DNA from: an uncultured delta proteobacterium
GTDB taxonomy: Bacteria; Myxococcota_A; Polyangia; Polyangiales; Polyangiaceae
DNA length: 64,000 nt
Assembly (NCBI GenBank): GCA_963806225.1
Contig: CAWDXG010000004.1
Coordinates: forward strand, 3,616,001-3,680,000
Reading direction: 5' to 3'
Position 1 is the first letter of the stretch. Each line of letters starts with the position of its first letter. The notes beneath the pieces were generated by a model. The model had not been told where the DNA came from. It saw only the letters and a list, made by a program, of their open reading frames with translations, and made no database searches. Position numbers and translations under genes: made by a program. Shown here piece by piece: positions 50,860-61,261 of the stretch.

Positions 50860-53016
50860 ATGCGCGGACTGTCGAAAATCCTGCTGTCCGGGGCGTGTGC
50901 CTGCTGGTTCGTTGCCGGATGTCGGCCGCGCGTCATAGCGCCGAACCAACCCAGAGCCGTGGAGCCGCTTCCCGCGACGGCGGCCAGCACCCAGTCGAAT
51001 CTGCCGTTGGCGCCGACGCCCGAGCTCGGCTACGCCCCGCTCGGAGCGCACGGCATGGATCTGATCCAGAAGTCGAAGCTATCGCTCGACGGCACCGAGC
51101 GGGTGCGGCTTTCGCGCGACGGCTTCGTGCTGTCGCATCGCCGCGTTGCCACGTTCGGCGCAGGGTTCGCGCTCGTCTACAAGAACGACCTGCCGGTGTA
51201 CGTGAGCGCGGACGCGATCCTCGATGCCGTGCACCGCTCCTACAGCAACGTCCTGAAGTGGACGGAGCAGCAGGTGCTGAAGCCGGAGCTCGACGCTCTG
51301 CTCGTCGGCATGCACACGCGCCTGGTGAACGGCGCCGCAACGGGCTTCAGCCGGCATGCGCGCGCCGACGTGAACGAGTATCTTGGCGTGGCTCGAGCGC
51401 TGCTGGACGACAAACCGCCCCGCGCGCTCGGCGGCGGCAACGTGGCTGCGATGCGGCAGCTGTTCGAGCGGGTGAAGGCCGCGAGCGGCCATGGCAGCGT
51501 GCAGCTCTTCGGCGCACAGCGCGACGTCGACTTTTCGCAGTTCAAGCCGCGCGGTCACTACGCCGACGGCAACCTCGAAGGCTACTTCCGCGCGACCGTC
51601 TGGCTCGGCCGCGTCGACCTGCGCGTGCTCGACTACGACCAGAGCGGGCGCGCGGAGCTCGGCCGCCGACAGCTCGAGGCGATGCTGCTCCTGCGCGCGC
51701 TGCTCGACCCGGCCGGCTTCGCGCGCTACCGGCGCATCGACTTCGCAGTAGGCACATTCGTGGGGCCGCGCGACTACGCCGGCCCCGACGCAGTCGACCG
51801 GCTGTTCGCAGAGCTCCACGTGGCGACACCCCACGCCGCGCTCGCCCTTTCCGACGCGAAGCTGACCCACGCCCTCGAGAAGACGGGGTTCGGGATGCAG
51901 CGCATTGCCAGCCACATCCGCCGGGCGAGCGCCAACGGCAAGCCGCGCCCCAGGCCGCGGAGCTTTGCGCTTCTCGGGCAACGCTACGTGGCGGATTCGG
52001 AGGTGCTCGCGAACGTCGTCGCGGATCGCGTGCCCGGACGCATGATGCCGAAACCGCTCGACGTGGCGTACGCCGCGATGGGCAACGACGGCGCCAAGCC
52101 ACTGCTCGCCGATGATCTGCAGAATGCGGCCTACGCAAAGGCGCTCTCCAGCGAACGGCAGCGCATCGACGGCTTCGGCGACGCGTACTGGACCAACACG
52201 CTGTACACTTCGTGGTTCGGCGCGCTGCGCCAGCTCTCGCCGGGCAACGCCAGAGGCCTGCCCAGGGTTGCGACCGGCGATGCCTGGAACCGCCGCATCC
52301 TCGGCACCCAACTCGCCTCCTGGGCCGAGCTCCGCCACGACACCGTCGCCTACGTGAAGCAGTCGTACACGGCGGCGGAACTGTGCGAGTTTCCGGCGGC
52401 CTACGTCGACCCGTATCCGCGCTTCTTCGCCACGCTGCGCGACTTCGCGAAGAACGTCGGAAAGCTCGCCCCCATCGCTACGGCGGCGAAGAAGCCCGCC
52501 TTTGCCAAGAGCATCACCGGCTACGCGACCACGCTGGACCACAGCCTCGCCATGCTCCAGGGCATGGCCGAGCGCGAGCGGCACGGACAGGAACCGACCA
52601 AGGCAGAGCTCGCGTTCATCAACGACGCTGTCGTGATGCACTCGGAGTTCGCGGGCTGTACCTCGGTCCACACGCTGAACGGCTGGTATCCGAAGCTGAT
52701 CTTCCAGGGCGACCCGCTCTCCCCCGAGTGGCTCGTCGCCGACATCCACACCCAGCCGACCGATGCGGCGGGGAACGAAGTAGGCCGCATCCTGCACGTG
52801 GCCACGGCCCTGCCCGAGCTCTTCGTCGTCACGGTCGATACCTGCAACGGCCCCGCCGCCTACGTCGGCTTTTCGAGCCCCTTCTACGAGGTCGTCACCG
52901 AGCACGAGAAGCGGCTCGACGACAGCCAGTGGGCCCAGATGGCGCCGAAACACCCGCAGGCCAGGTGGCTCGCGCCGATCCTGGGTACCGAAGGGACCGA
53001 ATTGGTGCGGCCGTAG
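50860..53016 (+). CDS. DUF3160-like lipoprotein
   Basis: VAGC lipobox; DLPVYVSADAIL, DFSQFKPRGHY, LASWAELRHDT, VADIHT. Confidence 0.8.
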   Translation: MRGLSKILLSGACACWFVAGCRPRVIAPNQPRAVEPLPATAASTQSNLPLAPTPELGYAPLGAHGMDLIQKSKLSLDGTERVRLSRDGFVLSHRRVATFGAGFALVYKNDLPVYVSADAILDAVHRSYSNVLKWTEQQVLKPELDALLVGMHTRLVNGAATGFSRHARADVNEYLGVARALLDDKPPRALGGGNVAAMRQLFERVKAASGHGSVQLFGAQRDVDFSQFKPRGHYADGNLEGYFRATVWLGRVDLRVLDYDQSGRAELGRRQLEAMLLLRALLDPAGFARYRRIDFAVGTFVGPRDYAGPDAVDRLFAELHVATPHAALALSDAKLTHALEKTGFGMQRIASHIRRASANGKPRPRPRSFALLGQRYVADSEVLANVVADRVPGRMMPKPLDVAYAAMGNDGAKPLLADDLQNAAYAKALSSERQRIDGFGDAYWTNTLYTSWFGALRQLSPGNARGLPRVATGDAWNRRILGTQLASWAELRHDTVAYVKQSYTAAELCEFPAAYVDPYPRFFATLRDFAKNVGKLAPIATAAKKPAFAKSITGYATTLDHSLAMLQGMAERERHGQEPTKAELAFINDAVVMHSEFAGCTSVHTLNGWYPKLIFQGDPLSPEWLVADIHTQPTDAAGNEVGRILHVATALPELFVVTVDTCNGPAAYVGFSSPFYEVVTEHEKRLDDSQWAQMAPKHPQARWLAPILGTEGTELVRP

Positions 53017-53058
53017 CCGCCCGTTGCGCCCCGCGCGGCGCTCGGGCACCCTCGGGCC

Positions 53059-54252
53059 ATGCATGGGGATTGTACGGCTCGCAGTCAGACCCAGCCGGTC
53101 GTCCTGGCACTGGCACTGGTGGGCGGAATGCTGGCGGTCGCCTGTGGCGCCCCGCCGACGGACGGCGACTTCCACGGGGCAGAACCGGTCGGCACGGTGC
53201 AGTCCGGTCTGACCGTGGATCAGGCCGTGAGCGGCGGCTGCTCGACCACGGCGGTCGCCGGTCTGAACCAGCAGATCATCACCGAGATGAACTGCCTGAT
53301 CCCCGGCGGCGCGCTCAAGCCCGTGCCGGCCCGCCCGAACTTCAAGAAGGGCGGGGCCACGCTGGCCTGGATGCAGCCGCCAGCGGTGGACGCGCTGGTC
53401 AAGGCGCTCGACGCCCACTCCAGCACGACGTTCACCGCCAACTCCATGCTGCGCACGGTCGCGGGGCAATACCTGCTCTACCGCTGGTACCAGAAGGGGA
53501 CGTGCGGCATCTCGCTGGCAGCGACGCCCGGCACGTCGAACCACGAGTCCGGGCTCGCCATCGACGTGGGCAACTACAGCACGTGGAAGGCGCCGCTCCA
53601 GGCCCAGGGCTACACGTGGCTCGGCAACAGCGACGTCGTGCACTTCGACTACAGCGGTCCGGGCACAGTGAACCTGAAGGGCAAGGACGTGCTCGCGTTC
53701 CAGAAGCTGTGGAACCTGAACAACCCCGGCGACCTCATCACCGAGGACGGCATCTACGGCCCGCAGACCGGCGGACGCCTCGCCAAATCTCCGGCCGGCG
53801 GCTTCGCCAAGCCCCCCACGTGCGGCAGCGGCGGGACGGGAGGCAGCGGCGGGACGGGAGGCACGGGCGGTTCCGGCGGCGGCGGCGGGACGGCCGGCGC
53901 GAGCGTGGGAGGTAGCGCCGGGACCGGCACGGGAGGGACTGCGGGGGCTGCGGGCGCAGGGGGCGCCGGCTCCACGTGCACGCCCGGCAAGCCGGCGGAC
54001 TGTGCGTGTCCAAGCGGCGATCCGGGCTACCAGCTCTGCAACGCCAACGGCACCGGCTACGACGCCTGCAACTGCTTCGGTGCGGGCGGCGCGGACGCTG
54101 GCAACCCAGCGTCCGACACCAGCGCGAACAGCGGTTGCTCGTGCAGCATGCCCGGGCGCGCGCCGGCCGACGCGCCCTGGCTGGCCGCGCTCGCCCTGGG
54201 TGCGCTGGTCGTTGTCGGCTCGCGACGCCGCGCTACCGATCGCCGCGGCTAG
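53059..54252 (+). CDS. M15 metallopeptidase + peptidoglycan-binding domain with MYXO-CTERM
   Basis: SMLRT, SNHESGLAID, DVVHFD; AFQKLWN..EDGIYGPQT; GCSCSMPG-TM-RRR. Confidence 0.85.
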   Translation: MHGDCTARSQTQPVVLALALVGGMLAVACGAPPTDGDFHGAEPVGTVQSGLTVDQAVSGGCSTTAVAGLNQQIITEMNCLIPGGALKPVPARPNFKKGGATLAWMQPPAVDALVKALDAHSSTTFTANSMLRTVAGQYLLYRWYQKGTCGISLAATPGTSNHESGLAIDVGNYSTWKAPLQAQGYTWLGNSDVVHFDYSGPGTVNLKGKDVLAFQKLWNLNNPGDLITEDGIYGPQTGGRLAKSPAGGFAKPPTCGSGGTGGSGGTGGTGGSGGGGGTAGASVGGSAGTGTGGTAGAAGAGGAGSTCTPGKPADCACPSGDPGYQLCNANGTGYDACNCFGAGGADAGNPASDTSANSGCSCSMPGRAPADAPWLAALALGALVVVGSRRRATDRRG

Positions 54253-55322
54253 CGCTTACGCGCGTACACCACGCTCTTGCCCGCATCCTGCCGCACCACC
54301 CAGTAGACGCAGGCCTTGTCGACCGCGACGGCGGACACGGACTGCAGCGCGGGGATGGTGGCGATGGGCTTGACGCTGCCGTCTTCGGTGGAGACTTCCG
54401 AGAACTTCTCGGGGGCGTCTTCGTCCTTGCCGGCGAAGGCGGCGTACAGGCCGCGGGCATCGCCGGCGATACGTGCGTTCTTCACCAGGCCCGAGGCGAG
54501 CTTCTTCGCCTTGCCGCCCTTCTTGGGCACGCTCATGAGCTGCCCATCGAGCGCCTGGTTGAAGTAGAGCGTCGACTCGCCCATCACCAGATCGAAGGGC
54601 TTTTTCAGGTGCGAGGCGAGCACCTTGTACTTTCCCTTGGGCAGCGGAAACGCAAGGATGCGGCCGTTGCCGGAGTCGGTGACGTAGGCCGCGTGATCGT
54701 CAGCGCGCACGCGGCTGTAGCCGTTCGGCGTGTCCTTCACCTTGGGGCGATCCCCACTAGCCAGCTCGGTCACGGCGCCGCCTGTCTTCGCGATCTTCGC
54801 CAGGCGATCGTACGGCCCGTAGTCGCCGGGAACACCGAGGACATCCTTGCCGAAGAGCGCGATGTGCTTCGACGAGAACACATCGACGAGCTTGTGGGCA
54901 TCGCCGCCCGTCTTGGGAATGCTCATCAGGCGGATGCCGGTGGTGAAGTAGACGTTCTTGTCTCCGACAGCGAGACTCTGCGGCTCGAGCGCGAGCGAGG
55001 CCACGGTGCGGCCACCCTGGCCATCCTTGCGGACGGTGCCGAAATCGCCGCGGCTGCCGTACAGCTGCCAGGACGTGTAGTAGAGCATCGCGGAGTCCTG
55101 GCCGAAGCCCTCCACGTCGCCGAGCACGCTGCCGATCTGCACCGGCTTGTCACCCGAAGCCTGACAGCCCTTCGGTGTGTCGTCCGGCGCCGACGCGCTC
55201 GCGGCCGGCTGGGCTGCGCTCGGAGCTGCCTTCGCGGCCGCCTTCTTCTCGCTATGGCAGCCCGTCGCCGCGCAGATGAGCAGCGCCGAACCAGCGGTCA
55301 ATGTCCAGGCCCTTGTCTTCAT
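54249..55322 (-). CDS. Beta-propeller lipoprotein (DUF5050-like)
   Basis: ATGC lipobox; repeated LAVxxxxVYF / MSxPKxGG units. Confidence 0.75.
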   Translation of the reverse strand: MKTRAWTLTAGSALLICAATGCHSEKKAAAKAAPSAAQPAASASAPDDTPKGCQASGDKPVQIGSVLGDVEGFGQDSAMLYYTSWQLYGSRGDFGTVRKDGQGGRTVASLALEPQSLAVGDKNVYFTTGIRLMSIPKTGGDAHKLVDVFSSKHIALFGKDVLGVPGDYGPYDRLAKIAKTGGAVTELASGDRPKVKDTPNGYSRVRADDHAAYVTDSGNGRILAFPLPKGKYKVLASHLKKPFDLVMGESTLYFNQALDGQLMSVPKKGGKAKKLASGLVKNARIAGDARGLYAAFAGKDEDAPEKFSEVSTEDGSVKPIATIPALQSVSAVAVDKACVYWVVRQDAGKSVVYARKR

Positions 55323-55404
55323 GCCGCACCTCGTGTTGCTAGCTCAGTGGAAGTGAAGGCGGATTTCAAGACCCAGCGCCGGAGATGCTGCGCGAGGTCA
55401 TGCA

Positions 55405-57450
55405 TCACGTCTCCAGCCACTCGCCGATACGCGCGGCGATGCGCTCCCCGGTGAATCCGAACTCCTCGCACAGTTCCTGACCCGGAGCGGAAGCACCAAA
55501 ATGGTCCAATCCGATAGCGAGACCGCGGTCCCCGAGGAACTGGTACCAGCCGTCGGTGCGCCCGGCTTCCACGCTGACCCGCGGCACGCCCGGCGGCAGC
55601 AGCAGGTCACGGTAGTCCCGAGGCTGCGCCTTGAAGCGCTCGACCGACGGCACGCTGACGACGCGCGCGCGGGTGCCGCCCTTCGCGAGCAGCTCGCGCG
55701 CCTCGAGCGATGCGCCGACCTCGGAGCCGGTGGCCAGGATGACCAGGTCGGGCTTGCCGCCGTCGGCCTCCACAGCCGTGTACGCACCCTTCCAGATGTC
55801 CCGTGCCGAGAAGCCCGCCGGCCGCTTGAAGGCGGGCAGCTTCTGCCGCGTCAGGATCAGGATGCTCGGCAGCGTGCCGTCGGGACGCGCAACGGCGTGA
55901 CCCCAGGCGAGCGCCGTCTCCAGCGCATCGGCCGGGCGCCACAGGACGACGTCCGGGATCGTGCGCATGGCCCACAGTTGCTCGATAGGCTGATGCGTCG
56001 GGCCGTCCTCGCCCACCCAGAAGGAGTCGTGCGTGAAGATGAAGATGGTCGGGATCTTCGACAGCGCCGCAAGCCGGATCGGCGGGCGCATGTAGTCGGA
56101 AAAGACCATGAACGTGGCGCAGTAGGTCTGCCAGCCTCCGTACAGCACCATGCCGTTGCCGATCGAGCCCATGGCGTGCTCGCGGATGCCGAAGTGCAGG
56201 TTTCGTCCGGCAAACGCCTCGTCCGGCAGCTCGTCGGAGGCGACGGACGCCTTGATGACGCTCGGCGCGCCCTTGATGCCGGTCTTGGTCGACGGCTCGA
56301 GATCCGCCGCGCCGCCCACGAGCCACGGCGCGAGCGCCGTCGCCTTCTGGATCGCCAGGCCCGACAGCACGCGCGTCGCCTCCGTCTTCTCGTCCACAGC
56401 CGCGGCGATCTGTTCGGGCAGGTCGGCGGGGCATTCGAGCTTGTCGTGCACGTCCCAGAGCTTGGCGAGGTCCGGGTTGTCGCTCCGCCACCTGGCGTAG
56501 AGCTTGTTCCACTCGGCGTGCGCTTCGCGCCCCTCGTCGGCGCGCGCCGCCCACACGTCGCGCACCTCCGGCGGCACGAAGAACGTCTCGTCGGGCCAGT
56601 TTGCCGCGGCACGGGCGCGCGCCATCTCTTCGGGGCCGAGCGGCGAGCCGTGCACGCCGTGGGTGCCCTGCTTGGTCGGCGCGCCCTTGCCGATGATCGT
56701 CTTGGCGACGATCAGCGACGGCCTCATCGTCTGCTTCTTCGCCAGGTAGAGCGCCGAGCGGATGGCCTCGTGATCGTGGCCGTCGATCTTCTGGACGTAC
56801 CAGTTGTACGCCTCGAAGCGCCGCGCGACGTCCTCGCCCATCGCCACGTCGATGTTGCCCTCGATGGTGATGTCGTTGTTGTCGTAGACGAAGATCAAGT
56901 TGCCGAGCCCCATGTGGCCGGCGAGCGACGCAGCCTCGGCGGCTACGCCCTCCTGCATGTCGCCGTCACCGCACAGTCCCCAGATGTGGCTGTCGATGAT
57001 CGCCTCGCCCAGACGATTGAAACGCGCGGCCATCATCTTCGCCGCGAGCGCCATGCCGACCGCCGTCGCGAACCCAGCGCCGAGCGGCCCCGTCGTCAGC
57101 TCCACGCCGACGGTATGGCCGTACTCGGGGTGCCCCGGCGTCTTCGAGCCGCGCTGGCGGAAGTTCTTCAAGTCGTCGATCGACAGCGGATAGCCCGACA
57201 GGTGCAAGAGCGAGTAGAGCAGCATGGAAGCGTGCCCACCCGAGAGCACGAAGCGGTCGCGATTCGGCCAGTCCGGCGCATCCGGGTCGAAGCGCAGGAA
57301 CTCGCTCCACATGACGAACGCGATGTCCGCCGCGCCCATCGGCGTGCCGGGATGACCGCTCTTGGCCTTCTCCACCGCGTCGGCGGCCAGGAAACGGATC
57401 GTGTTGGCGCACTTTTCACGCAGCTCGGGCGATATCGACCGGATGTTCAT
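55405..57450 (-). CDS. tkt: Transketolase
   Basis: [50 protein letters not shown]. Confidence 0.97.
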   Translation of the reverse strand: MNIRSISPELREKCANTIRFLAADAVEKAKSGHPGTPMGAADIAFVMWSEFLRFDPDAPDWPNRDRFVLSGGHASMLLYSLLHLSGYPLSIDDLKNFRQRGSKTPGHPEYGHTVGVELTTGPLGAGFATAVGMALAAKMMAARFNRLGEAIIDSHIWGLCGDGDMQEGVAAEAASLAGHMGLGNLIFVYDNNDITIEGNIDVAMGEDVARRFEAYNWYVQKIDGHDHEAIRSALYLAKKQTMRPSLIVAKTIIGKGAPTKQGTHGVHGSPLGPEEMARARAAANWPDETFFVPPEVRDVWAARADEGREAHAEWNKLYARWRSDNPDLAKLWDVHDKLECPADLPEQIAAAVDEKTEATRVLSGLAIQKATALAPWLVGGAADLEPSTKTGIKGAPSVIKASVASDELPDEAFAGRNLHFGIREHAMGSIGNGMVLYGGWQTYCATFMVFSDYMRPPIRLAALSKIPTIFIFTHDSFWVGEDGPTHQPIEQLWAMRTIPDVVLWRPADALETALAWGHAVARPDGTLPSILILTRQKLPAFKRPAGFSARDIWKGAYTAVEADGGKPDLVILATGSEVGASLEARELLAKGGTRARVVSVPSVERFKAQPRDYRDLLLPPGVPRVSVEAGRTDGWYQFLGDRGLAIGLDHFGASAPGQELCEEFGFTGERIAARIGEWLET

Positions 57451-57580
57451 GGGAGAGGAGGGTATCCTCATTCGAGCACGAAGGGGATGCGCAGCCGCTG
57501 GGGGCCGCGTTCAGCCGCGCAGCGCTCATCGGGCTGGTGACACGCGCGCCGATCCGCCCCAGATTGTCGGGGACTCGCCC

Positions 57581-58735
57581 ATGAGCGACCCAGCCACAAC
57601 CGAGCAGCGCGAAGCCGGCCAGCAGGAGGAACGCGCGCCGGAGCGCCGCAACCGCACCGGCCGCGAAGCCCGCTCGCCGATCCGCATCCCGCCGCGCGGC
57701 TGGTTGGAGGTGCTCTGGCGCGTCGGCTCCGAGCTGTCGAATGACCGCGTGACCATGCTGGCCGCGAGCGTCGCCTTCTACGCCACGCTGGCCGTGTTCC
57801 CCGCCCTGGTGGCGGTGGTGTCGCTGTACGGCTTGCTCGCCGATCCGCACCAGATCGCGAGGTCCGTGGCGCGACTCAGCGCCGCGATGCCGGGGACGGC
57901 GCGGCAGTTGATCATCGCAGAGCTGCATCGCATCGCGAGCACGCCCAGCACCGGGCTCACGCTCAGCCTGATCGGCAGCGTCGCGGTGGCGCTCCTCAGC
58001 GCGTCGAGCGGGGCGCTGGGCCTGATCGACGGCATTACTGTCGCCTACGACGAACGCGAGACCCGCGGCATCCTGCGCCAGCGCCTGCTAGCGGTAGGCT
58101 TCGCAGTCGGCGCGTCGTTGTTCGTCGTCGCCTCGGTCGCCGTGCTCACCGTGATCCCGATCCTGATGCGACATCTCGGCCTCGCCAGCGAGACGCGCTG
58201 GCTGTTCTCGGTGCTGCGTTGGCCGGCCCTGGCGGCGTGTGTGATGGTCGGCCTGGCGCTCCTGTACCGCTACGCGCCGAACCGCACGCCCGCACGCTGG
58301 CCCTGGGTGATGTCCGGCGCAGCACTGGCCACGGCGATCTGGCTGGGCGCGTCGTATCTGCTGTCGCTCTACGTCGAGAACTTCGGCCGCTTCAGCCGCA
58401 CGTACGGTGCGCTGGGCGCGATGATCGTGCTGCTGCTCTGGTTCTACGTTTCCGCGATCGCCGTGCTGATCGGTGCGGAGATCAACGCGGAGCTCGAACG
58501 CCAGACCCTGGTGGACACCACCATCGGTCCGCCGCGCCCTATGGGCGAGCGCGGAGCGGTCGTCGCGGACACGCTGGGCAAGGGACTATCCGGTTCCACG
58601 GAGACTCCCCTCAAGGAGCGCGTACGCGACACCGCGAAGGATCTCGTGCGCCCGGGACGCGACAAGAGCCAGCTCGACGATGCCAAGCCCGACGACAAGG
58701 ACGAGCCGCCGCGGAGCCGCGACGCCGATCTGTAG
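57581..58735 (+). CDS. YihY/BrkB family membrane protein
   Basis: LAASVAFY, LYRYAPN, YGALGAMIVLLLWFY, GAEINAE. Confidence 0.92.
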   Translation: MSDPATTEQREAGQQEERAPERRNRTGREARSPIRIPPRGWLEVLWRVGSELSNDRVTMLAASVAFYATLAVFPALVAVVSLYGLLADPHQIARSVARLSAAMPGTARQLIIAELHRIASTPSTGLTLSLIGSVAVALLSASSGALGLIDGITVAYDERETRGILRQRLLAVGFAVGASLFVVASVAVLTVIPILMRHLGLASETRWLFSVLRWPALAACVMVGLALLYRYAPNRTPARWPWVMSGAALATAIWLGASYLLSLYVENFGRFSRTYGALGAMIVLLLWFYVSAIAVLIGAEINAELERQTLVDTTIGPPRPMGERGAVVADTLGKGLSGSTETPLKERVRDTAKDLVRPGRDKSQLDDAKPDDKDEPPRSRDADL

Positions 58736-58818
58736 CTTTCCGGAGCCCTTCGCAGACGCCTCGCCCCCGTCCGGGTTTTCTGGCATCTTGCAGCCGGGAC
58801 AAGGAAAGGAGAGCCACC

Positions 58819-59631
58819 GTGTGGAAGCGCCTCGCGATTCTGTTGCCGCTGGTACTGGTGCTCGGCTGCGGCCATTCCGAAGACGAGTGGCAGGCCCAGC
58901 TTGCGAAGTACGACGCGGTCGTCAAGACGAACTCGGACCTCCAGGCAAAGCTCGACAAGGAGCGTGACCGGGTCAAGGAGCTCAGCGACGAGCTCGGGAA
59001 GATGGGCGTCAAGCTCAGCGCCGCTGGGACGGAGAAGGAACAGCTCTCACAGAGCGTCGATCAGATGAAGGCCGCGCTGGCCGAGTACAAGCAGCGCGCG
59101 GAGACGCTGGAACGCATCAGGGCGCGCTTCGAGCTGCTCAGGAAGAAGCTGCAGAAGCTGACGAGCCTCGGCCTCGACGTGAAGATCCGCAACAACCGCA
59201 TGGTGATCTCGCTGCCTGGGGACGTGCTGTTCTCGTCCGGCAAGGACACGCTCCGGAAGAACGGAAAGAGCATCCTGCTCAAGGTCGCCGAAGTGATCCG
59301 CGGTGACGAGTCCCTGAACAGCCGCCTGTACCAGGTCGCCGGTCACACCGACAACCAGCGGCTCAGGAAGCATGCCGAGGAATTCCACGACAACTGGGGG
59401 CTGTCGCTCATGCGTGCAAGGCAGGTCCTTGTGTTCTTGATCACACCGAGCGACGCGAAGCAGGACCCCGGCGGCGGCCTCGACCCGAAGCACTGGAGCG
59501 CCTCCGGCTACGGCTCGACGGACCCCATCGCCAGCAACGCCACGCCCGCCGGCCGCGCGAAGAACCGCCGGGTCGAGCTGATCCTGATGCCGAACGTCGA
59601 GGAGATGCTCGACCTGAAATCGCTGCTCTGA
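58819..59631 (+). CDS. OmpA/MotB-family lipoprotein with coiled coil
   Basis: AGGAGA RBS; VLGC lipobox; GHTDN, NWGLSLMRA, GRAKNRRVEL. Confidence 0.9.
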   Translation: MWKRLAILLPLVLVLGCGHSEDEWQAQLAKYDAVVKTNSDLQAKLDKERDRVKELSDELGKMGVKLSAAGTEKEQLSQSVDQMKAALAEYKQRAETLERIRARFELLRKKLQKLTSLGLDVKIRNNRMVISLPGDVLFSSGKDTLRKNGKSILLKVAEVIRGDESLNSRLYQVAGHTDNQRLRKHAEEFHDNWGLSLMRARQVLVFLITPSDAKQDPGGGLDPKHWSASGYGSTDPIASNATPAGRAKNRRVELILMPNVEEMLDLKSLL

Positions 59632-59752
59632 ACGCGAGCCGACTGCGCTGTGGCGCGGTTCATGCACTCTTCCACCAGGGCGGAGCAACGCACGCAGGCG
59701 CCCGACGGCGCCACGCGCTGTGCTGATCTGCCCCGACGTGGAGGAATGACAC

Positions 59753-60157
59753 ATGGACCACACCACAGAACTAGCCAGCACCGAGCCCCGATCGCGCCGC
59801 CAGCCGCATCCGCCGGCGCGTGACGGCAGCTTCGACCTCTTGCGCCAGATCGACAGCCTGCGCGCCAGCGCCGAGTATCGCGACCACGGCCATGCCGCGC
59901 ACACCCTGATCAAGACGCCAACGTTGCGCATCGTGCTGGTGGCGCTGGCGCGCGGCAAGAAGCTCGCCGAGCACAGCGTCGCCGAGCCCGTCTCGATCCA
60001 GGTGCTCGGCGGACGCATCCGCATCGACCTGCCCGGCTGCCCTGTCGACCACGGCACCGGACGCCTCATGTCGCTCGAGCGCGACGTCCCGCACGACGTC
60101 CAGGCGCTGACCGACGCGGCGTTTCTCATGACGCTGCCCTGGGCGCCCGAGGAGTAA
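59753..60157 (+). CDS. Cupin domain protein
   Basis: LAEHSVAEPVSIQVLGG, PHDVQA. Confidence 0.8.
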   Translation: MDHTTELASTEPRSRRQPHPPARDGSFDLLRQIDSLRASAEYRDHGHAAHTLIKTPTLRIVLVALARGKKLAEHSVAEPVSIQVLGGRIRIDLPGCPVDHGTGRLMSLERDVPHDVQALTDAAFLMTLPWAPEE

Positions 60158-60235
60158 CGACGCGAGAGCGCGCGCTTGTCCCGCCGCCGCGCGTGGCGGC
60201 GCGGGCAGCGAGCGCACCCGTGCCACGAAAACCCG

Positions 60236-61261
60236 CTACGCGGCTTGACCCAGAGCGTCCCGCTCGCTCCACCACGCGGACAGCGCCGGCCAAAGCCCTT
60301 TCGACGCCTTGCGCGATACCACCGCGCCCACGTGCCCTCCGGGCAGGTGCAGCCGATCCTTGTCCTCGGCGCCGGCGTGCTCGACCAGAGCCGCCGCGCT
60401 CTTCCACGGCACGATGTTGTCGTGCTCGAAGGTGACGGCGAGCGTGGGGCAGCGGATGTTCTCGAGCCGCGCGGGGCTCCCGCTCAGGGTGAAGCGCCCG
60501 GCAACGAGCGCGTTGTCACGGTACAGCTCCTGGATGTAGCGGCGGTAGCACTCCCCGGGGAACGACACGTTGTCGTTCCCCCATTTCTCGAGCGCGAGAA
60601 AGCCATCGAGGAACTGATCGTCCCAGGCGCGGTCGAGCAGGTGCACCGACTTCGACAGGCCGAGCGTCGGCCTGAGCATCTGGAACGACGCCTGCATCAG
60701 CTGCCACGGCACGTTGCCGAGCGCGCCGACCAGCGCGTCGAGGTCGAAGCTCTTCGTGCGCGTCCAGGTCGACAGGAGCCCGTCGTCCGAGAAGTCGATG
60801 GGCGCCGCCAGCGCCATCAACGTCGCGACGCGCTCCGGCCGCACCGCCGCGTGGATCGCCGTCAGCGTGCCGCCCAGACAGTAGCCGAACAGGTGCGCGC
60901 GCCCGGCCCCGGCCTCGCGCGTAGCCACCGAGAGCGCGCGGGCGATGTAGCGGTCGCAGACGGTGTCGAAATCGAGATAGCGATCCTCGTCACCGGGCGT
61001 GCCCCAGTCGACCATGAACACGTCGTGTCCGCGCCCCACCAGATACTCCACCAGGCTCTTTTCCGGCATCAGGTCGAGCACGTAGTGGCGGTTGATGAGC
61101 GACGGCACCATCACGATCGGCGTGGCCAGTGCCTTCACGTCCGGCCGGCGCCGGTAGCGCAGCAGCTTCCACTTGTTCTCGTGATGCACGATATCGGAAG
61201 GCGTCAGCCCTACGCGGGGCTGGCGCTTTCCAATCGTCGCAAGGTTCAGCCAGCGCTTCAT
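60236..61261 (-). CDS. phaC: Class III-type polyhydroxyalkanoate synthase catalytic subunit
   Basis: [28 protein letters not shown] (Cys), HDNIVP (Asp), GGHVG (His); 341 aa. Confidence 0.85.
   Translation of the reverse strand: MKRWLNLATIGKRQPRVGLTPSDIVHHENKWKLLRYRRRPDVKALATPIVMVPSLINRHYVLDLMPEKSLVEYLVGRGHDVFMVDWGTPGDEDRYLDFDTVCDRYIARALSVATREAGAGRAHLFGYCLGGTLTAIHAAVRPERVATLMALAAPIDFSDDGLLSTWTRTKSFDLDALVGALGNVPWQLMQASFQMLRPTLGLSKSVHLLDRAWDDQFLDGFLALEKWGNDNVSFPGECYRRYIQELYRDNALVAGRFTLSGSPARLENIRCPTLAVTFEHDNIVPWKSAAALVEHAGAEDKDRLHLPGGHVGAVVSRKASKGLWPALSAWWSERDALGQAA

Noticed and set aside
58819..59631. Flagellar motB
   Set aside because: Lipoprotein signal rather than a TM helix with Asp; no motA partner
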